A stretch of DNA of 59,414 nt from an uncultured Bacillota bacterium (lineage in GTDB: Bacteria; Bacillota_I; Bacilli_A; RF39; UBA660), in the NCBI GenBank assembly GCA_946611635.1, contig CAMODW010000004.1, forward strand, positions 1-59,414. Direction: 5' to 3'. Positions 40,675-50,305 of this stretch are shown here, in pieces. Numbering within the stretch: position 1 is the first letter of the stretch; each line of letters begins with the position of its first letter. The position numbers and the translations under genes were made by a program. Below the pieces are notes generated by a model. The model was not told the DNA's origin. It saw nothing but the letters and a program-made list of their open reading frames with translations, and searched no databases.

Positions 40675-41154
40675 CTATCTTTCTATATAACTAACCATAT
40701 TATTTGTACTAGTATTTCCTGTTATTTGTTTAACAGCCCATATAACAATAAATAACATTATAACAGCTATTAAAACATAAAGGATTATCCATAGTTTTCC
40801 TCTTCTTCTAATTGAATTGGTATAAGGAGAAACTACCTTTTCCTTTACTTCTTTATTTTCTTCTTTCTTCTGCTCCATTATTGCTTTTTCAATATCATCA
40901 ATTGGAATTTTTGAAGTATACTCAAATAAATAATCATTAAAATCATCTATAATAGTTTTGGAATCTAACCCTAAGTATTTAGCATAATTAGTTAAATCAT
41001 CTTTTAATATAAAAATATCCTTAAAACAGCCAATATTTCCATTTTCAATATTTTCGAGTACTAGAGTTTTAATCCCCAAATCGGAACTAGCTTCTTCTAA
41101 ACTAACGCCAGTGTTCTCCCTTGTTGTCCGCAGAAGTTCACCTATCTCATTCAA
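40675..41154 (-). CDS. RodZ/YmfM-like protein: XRE-type HTH plus a single TM
   Basis: IGELLRTTRENTGVSLEEASSDLGIKTLVLENIENG, then TM LWIILYVLIAVIMLFIVIWAV. Only a TTG start is available. Synteny with pgsA. Confidence 0.55.
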   Translation of the reverse strand: MNEIGELLRTTRENTGVSLEEASSDLGIKTLVLENIENGNIGCFKDIFILKDDLTNYAKYLGLDSKTIIDDFNDYLFEYTSKIPIDDIEKAIMEQKKEENKEVKEKVVSPYTNSIRRRGKLWIILYVLIAVIMLFIVIWAVKQITGNTSTNNMVSYIER

Positions 41155-41189
41155 AAATATTCACATTCCTTTCTTTAATAATAAAAAAT

Positions 41190-41531
41190 AAAACTTAATA
41201 AGCCACGTTCTGTTCTCCTTTCGGAGCGGCAAATATTTATCTACCTATCACTAGGTCCTTTGCATCGTTCTAATTCCTAGCAAAGACTCCCCTACCAAAT
41301 TTGGGTTTCTCACTCGCGGGGTTTACCACGTTCCACCCTAAGAATTACTTCTTAGACTCGTCTCTTTGGCACTTTTACATCTACTTTAATCCCATAAGGA
41401 CTATTTCGAAGCCGTCAGTATAAACTGCCTAAGGTTATTTTTTCCCTTAGCACGAACACTACAACCATCACAGATTGTGTGAGCTTGGACTTTCCTCAAT
41501 ATACCCTAAGTATACCGCATTTGCCTAAGTT
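41190..41531 (-). ncRNA. rnpB: RNase P RNA, type B (Firmicutes type)
   Basis: The minus strand reads ...GAGGAAAGTCCAAGCTCACA..GTAGTGTTCGTGC..AAAGTGCCAAAGAGACGA..GGTGGAACGTGGTAAACCCCGCGAGTGAGAAACCCAAATTTGGTAGGGGA..ACAGAACGTGGCTTA. This matches B. subtilis rnpB segment by segment. P1 pairs AACTTA/TAAGTT. Local GC-rich island next to gpsB, as in B. subtilis. Confidence 0.92.
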
Positions 41532-41879
41532 CTAATTTTTATCATCCTTATTATTATCTCCAAAAACCACCTTTTCTAACTGACTAAGTCTTCTTAATAA
41601 ATCGACATTATTAACAGAAGAACCACTATTTCCATCTCTTTCTGCAGCAGAGATACTATCTTTTAACCTTCTAAGTTCATTTTTTAATCTCATATTCTCA
41701 TCATTTAATAAACTTATTTCTTTTCTATATTCCTTTATCATATTATTATATTCATTATAATCTCCGATAATTTGATCTAAAAATTTATCAACTTCTTGAG
41801 GTCTAAAACCTCTAGCATCTATTTTAAAATCTTTATTTAATATATCTTCTATTGTTAAAGATATTTTATCTCCGTACAT
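41532..41879 (-). CDS. gpsB: cell-cycle protein GpsB (DivIVA-domain)
   Basis: DILNKDFKIDARGFRPQEVDKFLDQIIGDY. ATG at 41879 after GAAGGGTGA. The ORF-track start 41903 lies upstream of the predicted transcription start. Confidence 0.88.
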   Translation of the reverse strand: MYGDKISLTIEDILNKDFKIDARGFRPQEVDKFLDQIIGDYNEYNNMIKEYRKEISLLNDENMRLKNELRRLKDSISAAERDGNSGSSVNNVDLLRRLSQLEKVVFGDNNKDDKN

Positions 41880-41904
41880 ATAATTCACCCTTCTTATGTG
41901 CATA

Positions 41905-41934
41905 ATTATAAAGCTCCATAACCTTATTTGTCAA
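41905..41934 (-). promoter_or_regulatory. candidate gpsB promoter
   Basis: Minus strand TTGACA-18 nt-TATAAT. Confidence 0.5.
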
Positions 41935-42047
41935 GTTATCGAGCCGATGCCTAAAAAAGCATTTTTCTTTACAAAAAATGATATTTTTTTTACCATAAAG
42001 ACTATATTTTCTATCTTTAATATAGTATAATTAATAAAGGTGATTAC

Positions 42048-42611
42048 ATGCAATATCCAAACAACATAAAGAAATCCTACAATCACATTTCTGTTAGTCA
42101 TAGTAATAGAGGTATGTCTTTAGAGAACCTCTTAAATCATACTAATGACTACTATATAAAAAAAGATATTGCTTTAATATACAAAAAGCCAACACCAATA
42201 GGTGTAGCTGAAGTATCTTATAGTGATCACAAAAAACTAATTAAGAAAGCCTATTTTAAAGAACAATCAACATTAGATTACAATGGTATATATAAAGGAA
42301 AATATATAGAGTTCGATGCCAAAGAAACTCTTAATAAGACTGCTTTCCCTATTGCCAATGTACATACCCATCAAATAGATCAAATACGTGGTGTAATAAG
42401 ACATCAAGGAATAGCTTTTTTAATAATAAAAATGAATAACTTTTATTATTTATTAAAAGGAGAAGATTTTCTACTATTTATAGATAATAGTAATCGAAAA
42501 TCAATCCCTTACACTTATATAAAAAATAATGCTCACTTAATAAAAGAAGGATATCAACCAGCTTTAGACTATTTAAATACTGTTGATGAAATATATTTCA
42601 AAGGAGAATAA
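42048..42611 (+). CDS. recU: Holliday junction resolvase RecU
   Basis: NRGMSLENLLNHTNDYY..IYKKPTP..YFKEQSTLDYNGIYKGKYIEFDAKET is near-colinear with B. subtilis RecU. Confidence 0.93.
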   Translation: MQYPNNIKKSYNHISVSHSNRGMSLENLLNHTNDYYIKKDIALIYKKPTPIGVAEVSYSDHKKLIKKAYFKEQSTLDYNGIYKGKYIEFDAKETLNKTAFPIANVHTHQIDQIRGVIRHQGIAFLIIKMNNFYYLLKGEDFLLFIDNSNRKSIPYTYIKNNAHLIKEGYQPALDYLNTVDEIYFKGE

Positions 42612-42613
42612 AT

Positions 42614-45526
42614 ATGAATAAAGAAAAGGGAAAAAAACTTATTACAATTAAAAACAGAGTGGCTAAAACTAGTACAAAGGCCAAAAAGAAAGCGATAGAA
42701 AAACCTAAAAAGAAGAAAAAAAGAGGCAAAATATTAAACTTTGTTTTAATATCCATAATGTTACTAGGAATTACAGTTATGGGTATTACTCTAGCCTTTT
42801 GTGCTTATATAGTTATTTCTGCTCCCGCTTTTAATACTGATCTACTATATAATAAAGAAGCAACAATTCTTTATGATAAAGATGGAAAAGAAATTGATAG
42901 AATCGGCCGAGAACAAAGAGAGCTAAAAACTTACGAAGAATTACCAGAAGTACTAATAGATGCCATAGTAGCAACCGAAGACTCAAGATTCTTCCAACAT
43001 AATGGTTTTGATATAGTACGTTTTACTAAAGCAGGATTTGGGCAAATAGCCGGTCAATCAGGAGCTGGTGGAGCTTCTACTCTAACAATGCAATTAGTAA
43101 AAAACACATTCACATCAACTGAAGCTCATGGTATCGAAGGTATAATAAGAAAATTTACAGATATCTATATGGCTGTATTTAAACTAGAAAAAAACTATAC
43201 TAAAGAAGAAATAATGGAAATGTATGTTAATAAACCATTTATGGGAAGTAATACATATGGTGTAGAACAAGCTTGCCAAGTATATTTTGGCAAATCAGTT
43301 ACTGATATATCTCTTACTGAAGCAGCACTTATAGCTGGAATATTTAATGCCCCATCTTCATACAATCCATTCTATAGCATTGAATTATCAACTCAAAGAA
43401 GAAATACCGTACTTAACTTAATGGTAAGACACGGATACTTAACTAAAGAACAAGCACAAGACGCTAAAGATATCCCTGTTGAGTCACTACTAAATAAAAA
43501 AGAAAATGATACACAATTAAATAAATATCAATCATATATTGATGTTGTTGTTACTGAAGTACAAAAAATAACTGGTAATAATCCTTATGACGTACCAATG
43601 TTAATCTATACAACATTAGATCCTGAAATCCAAGAAACTCTTAATAAATTAAACGCTGGTGAGCTTGGATACAAATGGGTAAATGATAGAATCCAAATTG
43701 GATTAGCAATTACTAACGTTAAAGACGGTTCTATAACAGCCATAAACGGTGGTCGTAATCAAACTACTCAAAGAGCATTTAATAGAGCCTTAAGTAAGAA
43801 TTACCAACCAGGATCAACTATTAAACCAATTATCGATTATGGTCCATATATTGAATATAATAATGGCTCTCCTGGAACAATCTTTTATGATATTCCATAC
43901 CGTTTCTCAAACGGAACAATCATTACTAACTCAGATAATGGATATAAAGGAGCTATGACAATGCGTCAAGCTCTAGTACAATCAAGAAATATACCTGCTC
44001 TACAAGCATTCCAAGCTGTAGATAAAAGTAAAGTTGCTGAATTCGTTAAGAATTGTGGTATTGATTATTACAAATATGATAGTAAAGGTAATGTATATGA
44101 TGAAACATTATATGAATCTTATGCTATTGGTGGAGGTATGGAAGTAAGCCCATTAGATATGGCTGCCGCCTATGGAACATTTGCTAGAGGTGGAACTTAC
44201 ATTGAACCATATTCATTTACTAAAATAATCTATGAAGAAACAGACGAAGTATACGAAAGAAAACCTGAAAAGAGACAAGCAATGAGTGCTGAAACAGCAT
44301 ACTTAATAAATGATATGTTAGTTACAGCTACAGAAAATGGTGTCGGCGGAAACATTAATGTTCCTGGAACTCAAGTTGCTTCTAAAACAGGAACATCAAC
44401 GTATGACAAAAACATCCTAAGAGCTAACAAAGTACCAGATAATGCCTCAATGGACAACTGGGTATTAACCTACTCACCAGATTATGTTATTTCATTCCGA
44501 TATGGATATGATAAACTTACTCACGATGACTGGACTGATGCTATAGCAGCAGCTATCCAAAGAAAAAAAATATCAGCTGTTCTAGCTAATAAAATTTACA
44601 AAAGAAACTCAAAATTTACAAGACCCAGCGGGGTTGTATCTAGTAAGTATGAAAAAGAATCAATCCCCCCGGAACTTCCCAGTTCCTACACCCCTGCAAA
44701 CTTAATAGGTACTGAACTTTTTAAGAAAGGTACTGAACCAAGCGTAATATCAAATAGATTTGAACAACTTTCAAATCCATCAAATGTTAATGCAACAGAA
44801 TCTGGAGGAAGCGTAACCATAACATGGAGCGCTGCTCCAAAACCTGAAGCAGCTGATTCAGAATACCTAAAAAAATATTTCGAAAACGCTTATGGTAAAG
44901 ATCACTACAAAACATTCTATGATCGAAGAATCAACTACAACAATTCAGCTATAGGAAATATTGGCTATCAATTATATATGACAGATTCCAATGGTCAAGA
45001 AAGCGATATCGGCTTTACTGATGGAACAGTGTATACCTATAATCCTCCAACCAACGGAAGTTATAACTTCACTGTTCGTACAGCTTATAGTCTATATAAA
45101 GCAAATCAATCTTCTGGAATAACAGTAAACGTTAATGTTTCTGGTGGTCAAGATATTCCAAGTAATGTTGAAGAAAACATTGATGATGTTGATGATTCAA
45201 CTGTACCTACCATTTCAATTAACAATGGAATACTATCAGGTGATACTTACAATATTTGTTTAAGCTCTCAAGACGCAGGGGGAACATCTAAAGAAATTGG
45301 AAGTATAATAAATGCTAGTTCCAATGTTGGTAATAAAAATATAAGATATGTAAGAAATAGCGGAACACCAGTTCAAGGAAACGGATTTAAAATTCAATTC
45401 ACTGGTTCAGGTGGATCAACAAGAGTTAGTGTTTATGCTATTAATGGTAGTTTAGAATCATCTCATAAAAACGTAACAATATGGGATTGTAACGAATGTA
45501 ATTCCGCTACAAATACATGTAAATAA
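42614..45526 (+). CDS. ponA: bifunctional class A penicillin-binding protein PBP1A with a long C-terminal extension
   Basis: EDSRFFQHNGFD (GT51), STIKP, SRN and KTGTS (transpeptidase). The ~270-aa C-terminal extension ends in the Cys-rich WDCNECNSATNTCK. recU-ponA operon as in B. subtilis. Confidence 0.93.
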   Translation: MNKEKGKKLITIKNRVAKTSTKAKKKAIEKPKKKKKRGKILNFVLISIMLLGITVMGITLAFCAYIVISAPAFNTDLLYNKEATILYDKDGKEIDRIGREQRELKTYEELPEVLIDAIVATEDSRFFQHNGFDIVRFTKAGFGQIAGQSGAGGASTLTMQLVKNTFTSTEAHGIEGIIRKFTDIYMAVFKLEKNYTKEEIMEMYVNKPFMGSNTYGVEQACQVYFGKSVTDISLTEAALIAGIFNAPSSYNPFYSIELSTQRRNTVLNLMVRHGYLTKEQAQDAKDIPVESLLNKKENDTQLNKYQSYIDVVVTEVQKITGNNPYDVPMLIYTTLDPEIQETLNKLNAGELGYKWVNDRIQIGLAITNVKDGSITAINGGRNQTTQRAFNRALSKNYQPGSTIKPIIDYGPYIEYNNGSPGTIFYDIPYRFSNGTIITNSDNGYKGAMTMRQALVQSRNIPALQAFQAVDKSKVAEFVKNCGIDYYKYDSKGNVYDETLYESYAIGGGMEVSPLDMAAAYGTFARGGTYIEPYSFTKIIYEETDEVYERKPEKRQAMSAETAYLINDMLVTATENGVGGNINVPGTQVASKTGTSTYDKNILRANKVPDNASMDNWVLTYSPDYVISFRYGYDKLTHDDWTDAIAAAIQRKKISAVLANKIYKRNSKFTRPSGVVSSKYEKESIPPELPSSYTPANLIGTELFKKGTEPSVISNRFEQLSNPSNVNATESGGSVTITWSAAPKPEAADSEYLKKYFENAYGKDHYKTFYDRRINYNNSAIGNIGYQLYMTDSNGQESDIGFTDGTVYTYNPPTNGSYNFTVRTAYSLYKANQSSGITVNVNVSGGQDIPSNVEENIDDVDDSTVPTISINNGILSGDTYNICLSSQDAGGTSKEIGSIINASSNVGNKNIRYVRNSGTPVQGNGFKIQFTGSGGSTRVSVYAINGSLESSHKNVTIWDCNECNSATNTCK

Positions 45527-45569
45527 CAAAAAGAATCGAAAACTTAATTAAAGTTCTCGATTCTTTTTT
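45527..45569. terminator. bidirectional terminator between ponA and the convergent nth
   Basis: AAGAATCGAAAACTT-aatt-AAAGTTCTCGATTCTT followed by TTTTT. Overlaps the nth 3' end. Confidence 0.7.
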
Positions 45570-46188
45570 TATCCTTACTATTACAATCTTCATAAAATAA
45601 ACATCTATTACATTCTGGTTTAATAGCTTTACATATATATCTACCAAATAATACTAATTGATGATGGCTTCTACTCCATTTATCTTTAGGAATCTTTTTC
45701 ATTAACTTCTTTTCTACCTTTAAGACATCATCATTTTTATAAGCTAATCTTAGTCTTTTACTTACTCTTTCAACATGTGTATCTACTGCTATAGTAGGAA
45801 CATCAAATAGATTAGATAACACTACATTAGTAGTCTTTCTTCCGACCCCTGGTAACCTTTCTAAATACTCTCTATCATTAGGAACTTTACCATCACATTC
45901 ATTTAGTAGTTTATTAGCTATTTCTAAGATATATCCACTCTTTTTATTATAACTACCACAAGATCTAATAATATTCTCTATATCCCTCTTATTTGCTTTA
46001 GAAAGACTATCTAAATCTTTATATTTACTAAATAATACTTTAGTACAACTATTTACTCTTTTATCAGTACATTGTGCTGATAAAACAGTTGCTATTAATA
46101 ACTCATAATCCTTATTATATTCTAGCTCACATCTAGGATCAGGAAACATCTTATCTAACTTATCATTAAAACTATTTATCATCATCAT
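45544..46188 (-). CDS. nth: endonuclease III
   Basis: HhH LPGVGRKTTNVV and a C-terminal Cx6Cx2Cx5C cluster (CKAIKPECNRCLFYEDC). Confidence 0.92.
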   Translation of the reverse strand: MMMINSFNDKLDKMFPDPRCELEYNKDYELLIATVLSAQCTDKRVNSCTKVLFSKYKDLDSLSKANKRDIENIIRSCGSYNKKSGYILEIANKLLNECDGKVPNDREYLERLPGVGRKTTNVVLSNLFDVPTIAVDTHVERVSKRLRLAYKNDDVLKVEKKLMKKIPKDKWSRSHHQLVLFGRYICKAIKPECNRCLFYEDCNSKDKKRIENFN

Positions 46189-46834
46189 TCAACCAATCAT
46201 AATCCAATACTTCTTGTTCTCTCTTATCAATTATTTTATTATCCTTTTTTCTTTCTGTTCTTCGATTCTTCAAATAATCATTTACTTCTTCAGCTGATTT
46301 AAGTCCCTTCTTCTCCCATTCATATATTATTTTATCTATATATCTAAAACTAGTAACACCATTAAATATTGCTTCTTTTAAAGCACTTATAATAAGTTCT
46401 TCTTTAGTACCAGACATTAACCATCCATTAATTAAAGCAAGTTCTGTCTGTGAAAGCGTCCTTCCTAATTCTTCTTCAAACACTTTAAATATTTCTGATT
46501 CTTCAGAAGTTTCTTTCTCCTCTTCTAAATCAACTATTTTATAAATATTATCAATACTAACATATTCTTTATACTTATCATTCTCGTCCATTTTAGAATC
46601 CAAACTAACTAATCCTTTCATTAGTAAAGAATTAAAACTTTCTAAACATACTTCCGCATCTAAATTAAGAGACTCACTCATTAATTCTATTTCAAAATTA
46701 TCACTATAATTATTATCTAAATACATTAAAACTAAAAACTCTGTTAAAGAAAGATCTTTTAACTTAGCTAGTTTTAACAATACATCAGTAACAACAAATT
46801 TACGTTCCTTCTTTAATCTTCCTTTTCCCACCAT
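46172..46834 (-). CDS. dnaD: DnaD-domain replication initiation / membrane attachment protein
   Basis: FEEELGRTLSQTELALINGWL...YIDKIIYEWEKKG. dnaD-nth synteny. Confidence 0.75.
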   Translation of the reverse strand: MVGKGRLKKERKFVVTDVLLKLAKLKDLSLTEFLVLMYLDNNYSDNFEIELMSESLNLDAEVCLESFNSLLMKGLVSLDSKMDENDKYKEYVSIDNIYKIVDLEEEKETSEESEIFKVFEEELGRTLSQTELALINGWLMSGTKEELIISALKEAIFNGVTSFRYIDKIIYEWEKKGLKSAEEVNDYLKNRRTERKKDNKIIDKREQEVLDYDWLNDDDK

Positions 46835-47930
46835 TAACCCACTTCTTCCTATTATTATAGATATAATTACTTATATCATTTTTTTCATTCTTTATATTCT
46901 TTTCTACTATTTGAACTAATACTTCATCATAAACCATACCAATTACTTTAGATGGTTTACATCCTAAAATATTACATATTTCATAACCAGTTATATTTAT
47001 ATCTTTTTTATCTTTTATAGATAATTCCTTATCCATTTTTATAATATCTCTCTTTTTATAACCTAGTATATCTCCAGCCACACTACATATATATAAACCA
47101 TATTCTATAATAGAATACTTATCTATTCTACCACTATTAACTAATTTATTAATCTTATCTATATTTTCTTTTTCTTTAATAGTAAAAGGATATTCTCTAA
47201 TAAAATTTATCTGGCTATACATACCACATATATCAGATACAACTTTTACTTTTTCATACTCAATACCCATATACTCTGTTAATTTTAATCTTTTTAAGTA
47301 GTTTAAACCTTTAGTTGCTTTTTTACTAACTAATATCTTAGTTAATTCTTCTTTAATTCTAGTAGTAGATAAAGTACCTACTAACTCTCTTTTCTCTAGT
47401 ATAGTATCATATAATTCCTTATCTAATTTAAAATCTAATACTGTAGCAAATCTAATAGCTCTAAGCATTCTTAAAGGATCTTCTGTTAATTTTTTATTAA
47501 CATCTCCAACACATCTAATAATCTTATTATCAATATCTTCTCTACCATTTAATACATCTATTATATTTCCTTCTTTACTCATACATAATGTATTACATGT
47601 AAAATCTCTTCTCTTAATATCTTCTACTAAGTTATCTATATATTTTATTTCTAAACTTCTTCTATTTCCATTATATTTTAATTCTTCTCTATAAGTAGTA
47701 ATATCAAACTTATAATCATTATATGTTATTTTAACAGCTCCATAATTATTACTTACTATATTAAAATCATTAAAAATATCTACTAGTTCAACAACTCTAG
47801 CATTAGTACATATATCTATATCTTTAGTATCCTTATCAAGTAAGAAATCTCTTACATATCCCCCAACTACATATGCTTCAAAACCATTTTCTTCTATTAA
47901 AGAAAGAATTTTTACTATACTTTTGTCCAC
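46800..47930 (-). CDS. cca: CCA-adding tRNA nucleotidyltransferase
   Basis: VVGGYVRDFLL..DIDI, RDFTCN, DPLRMLRAIRF. GTG start after AAAGGTGATGA. Confidence 0.88.
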   Translation of the reverse strand: MDKSIVKILSLIEENGFEAYVVGGYVRDFLLDKDTKDIDICTNARVVELVDIFNDFNIVSNNYGAVKITYNDYKFDITTYREELKYNGNRRSLEIKYIDNLVEDIKRRDFTCNTLCMSKEGNIIDVLNGREDIDNKIIRCVGDVNKKLTEDPLRMLRAIRFATVLDFKLDKELYDTILEKRELVGTLSTTRIKEELTKILVSKKATKGLNYLKRLKLTEYMGIEYEKVKVVSDICGMYSQINFIREYPFTIKEKENIDKINKLVNSGRIDKYSIIEYGLYICSVAGDILGYKKRDIIKMDKELSIKDKKDINITGYEICNILGCKPSKVIGMVYDEVLVQIVEKNIKNEKNDISNYIYNNRKKWVNGGKRKIKEGT

Positions 47931-47983
47931 AGGTTCATCACCTTTTATATTATATCAATAATAATCAGTTCATTCAACCAAGT

Positions 47984-48020
47984 AAAAACAAGACTATTTG
48001 TCATATCTAGTCTTGTTTTT
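47984..48020 (-). terminator. terminator after thrS
   Basis: AAAAACAAGACT-13 nt loop-AGTCTTGTTTTT. The stop codon lies in the loop. Confidence 0.65.
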
Positions 48021-49760
48021 AACATCATTATTTAATAACTTAATAAATTCTTTTCTAGAAAGAGTTACTGTTTCTTCTGAACCACTTCTTCTATAAGAAA
48101 TACTATTATCATCTACTTCCTTTTGACCAAGTATTACTAAGTAAGGTAATTTCTTAACAATAGCTTCTCTAGTTTTATAAGATAACTTCTCATTACGATC
48201 ATCTAATTCTACTCTAAATCCCAATTCTTTTAATTCTTCATATACTTCTTTAGCATAATCTAAATGATATTTTTCATTAACTGGTATTACCTTAACTTGT
48301 ACTGGAGCAAGCCAAGTAGGAAGATATCCTTTAGTTTCTTCCAAATAATAAGCTATAGTTCTATCAATAGAACCAAATACTGCTCTATGTAATACTACTG
48401 GAGTTTTCTTATTACCATCTTGATCTACATATTTTAAATCAAATTTCATTGGTAAACAGAAATCAATTTGACAAGTAGATAAACTAAATTCATTACCTAC
48501 AGCAGGTTTTAATTGAACATCTAATTTTGGCCCGTAGAAAGCTGCTTCACCTATTTTTTCTACATAAGGCATTCCAATATCGTCCATTATCTTTCTTAAA
48601 GCATTTTCTGCTTTATCCCACATTTCATCATCTTGATGATATTTAACTTTATCTTCTGGATCTCTAAGTGATAATTCAAATCTAAAATCTTCTATTTTTA
48701 ATTCTTTATATACTTCTAATATTAAATCTACAACATTTTTAAATTCAGATTCTATTTGATCAGGAGTACAAAAGATATGTGAATCATTTTGACAGAAAGT
48801 TCTAACTCTTTCGATTCCTTTTAATGAACCACTAGTTTCATATCGACAATCTCTAGCTATTTCTGCAATTCTTATTGGTAAATCACGATATGAATGAATA
48901 TCATTACCATAAATAACCATATGATGAGGACAATTCATTGGACGAAGTACATATTCCTCATCTTCTACTTGCATTATAGGAAACATAGCATCTTTATAAT
49001 GCTCTAAATGACCAGATGTTTTATATAAATTAACATTCCCAAGTGGTGGAGTTTGTACATGTAAATATCCTCTTTTAATTTCTTTATCCCTAATATAAGT
49101 TTCTAGTATATTCCACATTGTAAATCCATTAGGTAGATACATAGGAAGACCTCTACCTACTAAATCACTCATCATAAATATTCCTAAGTCTTTACCTATT
49201 TTTCTATGATCACGACTTGCTCTTTCCTCTAATTCTTTTAAATAATCTTCTAACTCTTCTTCAGTAGGAAAACAAACACCATAGATACGTTGAAGCATCT
49301 TATTATTGGCATCTCCCTTCCAATAAGCTCCACTAAACTTAGTTAATTTAAAATTCTTACATAATTTAGTATTCTCTACATGAGGACCTCGACAAAGATC
49401 AGTAAAATCCCCTTGCGTATAGCAAGAAATAACATTTTCTTCTTCATCCATCCTAGATATTAAATCCATCTTATATGGATCATCTTTAAACATTTCTAGT
49501 GCTTCTTCTTTACTAATTTCTTTTCTAATAATATTCTTAGCATCTTTAGCACATTTTTTCATTTCTTTTTCTATTTTAGCTAAATCTTCTTCAGTAATTT
49601 TAGCATCCCCTAAATCTATATCATAATAGAAACCTTCTTCTACTACAGGGCCTACCCAAAATTTAGCATCTGGATATAAATGCTTTACTGCTTGTGCAAG
49701 TAAATGCGCACAACTATGATTTAACTTATTTAATTTTTCATCTTCTTTAAAATTTATCAT
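47994..49760 (-). CDS. thrS: threonine--tRNA ligase lacking the N-terminal TGS domain
   Basis: Begins directly at the editing-domain HxxxH (NHSCAHLLAQAV). Class II motifs follow, plus the anticodon-binding domain. Confidence 0.95.
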   Translation of the reverse strand: MINFKEDEKLNKLNHSCAHLLAQAVKHLYPDAKFWVGPVVEEGFYYDIDLGDAKITEEDLAKIEKEMKKCAKDAKNIIRKEISKEEALEMFKDDPYKMDLISRMDEEENVISCYTQGDFTDLCRGPHVENTKLCKNFKLTKFSGAYWKGDANNKMLQRIYGVCFPTEEELEDYLKELEERASRDHRKIGKDLGIFMMSDLVGRGLPMYLPNGFTMWNILETYIRDKEIKRGYLHVQTPPLGNVNLYKTSGHLEHYKDAMFPIMQVEDEEYVLRPMNCPHHMVIYGNDIHSYRDLPIRIAEIARDCRYETSGSLKGIERVRTFCQNDSHIFCTPDQIESEFKNVVDLILEVYKELKIEDFRFELSLRDPEDKVKYHQDDEMWDKAENALRKIMDDIGMPYVEKIGEAAFYGPKLDVQLKPAVGNEFSLSTCQIDFCLPMKFDLKYVDQDGNKKTPVVLHRAVFGSIDRTIAYYLEETKGYLPTWLAPVQVKVIPVNEKYHLDYAKEVYEELKELGFRVELDDRNEKLSYKTREAIVKKLPYLVILGQKEVDDNSISYRRSGSEETVTLSRKEFIKLLNNDVKNKTRYDK

Positions 49761-50005
49761 TTTTTTCTTTCTCCTCCATTTATCTCTTTTTTTTCATTAA
49801 TAACTATTCCTTTTTCCCTAGCATCTATGAGTAATCTAGCAAACTCTTTACGCACAGATTCAATCTGCTTTTCAAGATTCTCTTTATCTTTGTCACCACG
49901 AACTTTTGACAATCTAAGTTCAAATAACTTTGCTCTCAACTCAGAATACTTATTATTAAACTCTTCAATAGTATGCAATGTTGTCCCTTCGGTCTCAATA
50001 TCCAT
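49757..50005 (-). CDS. 82-aa K/E-rich helical protein between the T-box terminator and thrS (unknown function)
   Basis: ATG at 50005 about 8 nt after AAAGGAAG. The stop overlaps the thrS start (ATGA). The thrS SD GGAGGAG lies inside its last codons. Confidence 0.5.
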   Translation of the reverse strand: MDIETEGTTLHTIEEFNNKYSELRAKLFELRLSKVRGDKDKENLEKQIESVRKEFARLLIDAREKGIVINEKKEINGGERKK

Positions 50006-50025
50006 AAGCATCACTTCCTTTAATA

Positions 50026-50225
50026 ATAAAAAACCACATTACTTGCAGGAGCAAATAATGCGGTACCATCCTTATTATTACTTAATTATATATAACGGCT
50101 TAATTGGCCGGGTATTATTATACCTCTCAAGAAGGAGTAACTATTAAGTACTCTATTAGTTCTCACCAACCACTAACTCTCTTAAAGAGATAATCTTAAT
50201 AATCATATCTTCTCTCATCGAATTA
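50026..50225 (-). promoter_or_regulatory. T-box riboswitch leader (thrS)
   Basis: Minus strand carries the GAUGAGA K-turn motif, an AGAGAG / GGUUGGUGAGAA distal region, ACU triplets on the 3' side of stem I, and T-box AAGGAUGGUACCGC. The terminator is CATTATTTGC-tcct-GCAAGTAATG followed by TGGTTTTTTATT. Confidence 0.85.
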
Positions 50226-50230
50226 ACTAA

Positions 50231-50259
50231 ATGATAAATCTTTTTACCTTTTTTGTCAA
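50231..50259 (-). promoter_or_regulatory. promoter of the T-box/thrS unit
   Basis: TTGACA-17 nt-TATCAT. Confidence 0.6.
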
Positions 50260-50277
50260 CATTTCCAACTATATAAA

Positions 50278-50305
50278 ATAAAAAAAGAATGGCTAGTGCC
50301 ATCTT
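50278..50305 (-). terminator. terminator after the 715-aa paralog
   Basis: AAGATGGC-acta-GCCATTCTT followed by TTTTTTATTTT. Includes the stop. Confidence 0.65.

Noticed and set aside
40675-41175. Genetic code 4 (TGA = Trp), prompted by an in-frame ATG-TGA just upstream of the TTG start of the RodZ-like gene
   Set aside because: Several well-conserved genes end at TGA at the expected length, including hrcA and the ORF coupled to thrS. That ATG also abuts the GGA of the only SD-like sequence with no spacing. The standard code fits the whole window.
49757-50005. Resemblance of the small thrS-leader ORF to ribosomal protein L29 (ELRAKLFELRL...VRKEFARLL)
   Set aside because: This is only a heptad-like pattern common to many helical hairpins. 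It has no genomic context with ribosomal genes and cannot be supported without a profile search.
49827-50147. 106-aa plus-strand ORF across the small ORF and T-box leader
   Set aside because: It runs antisense through a structured RNA leader and its terminator. The region is explained by the T-box and the minus-strand ORF.
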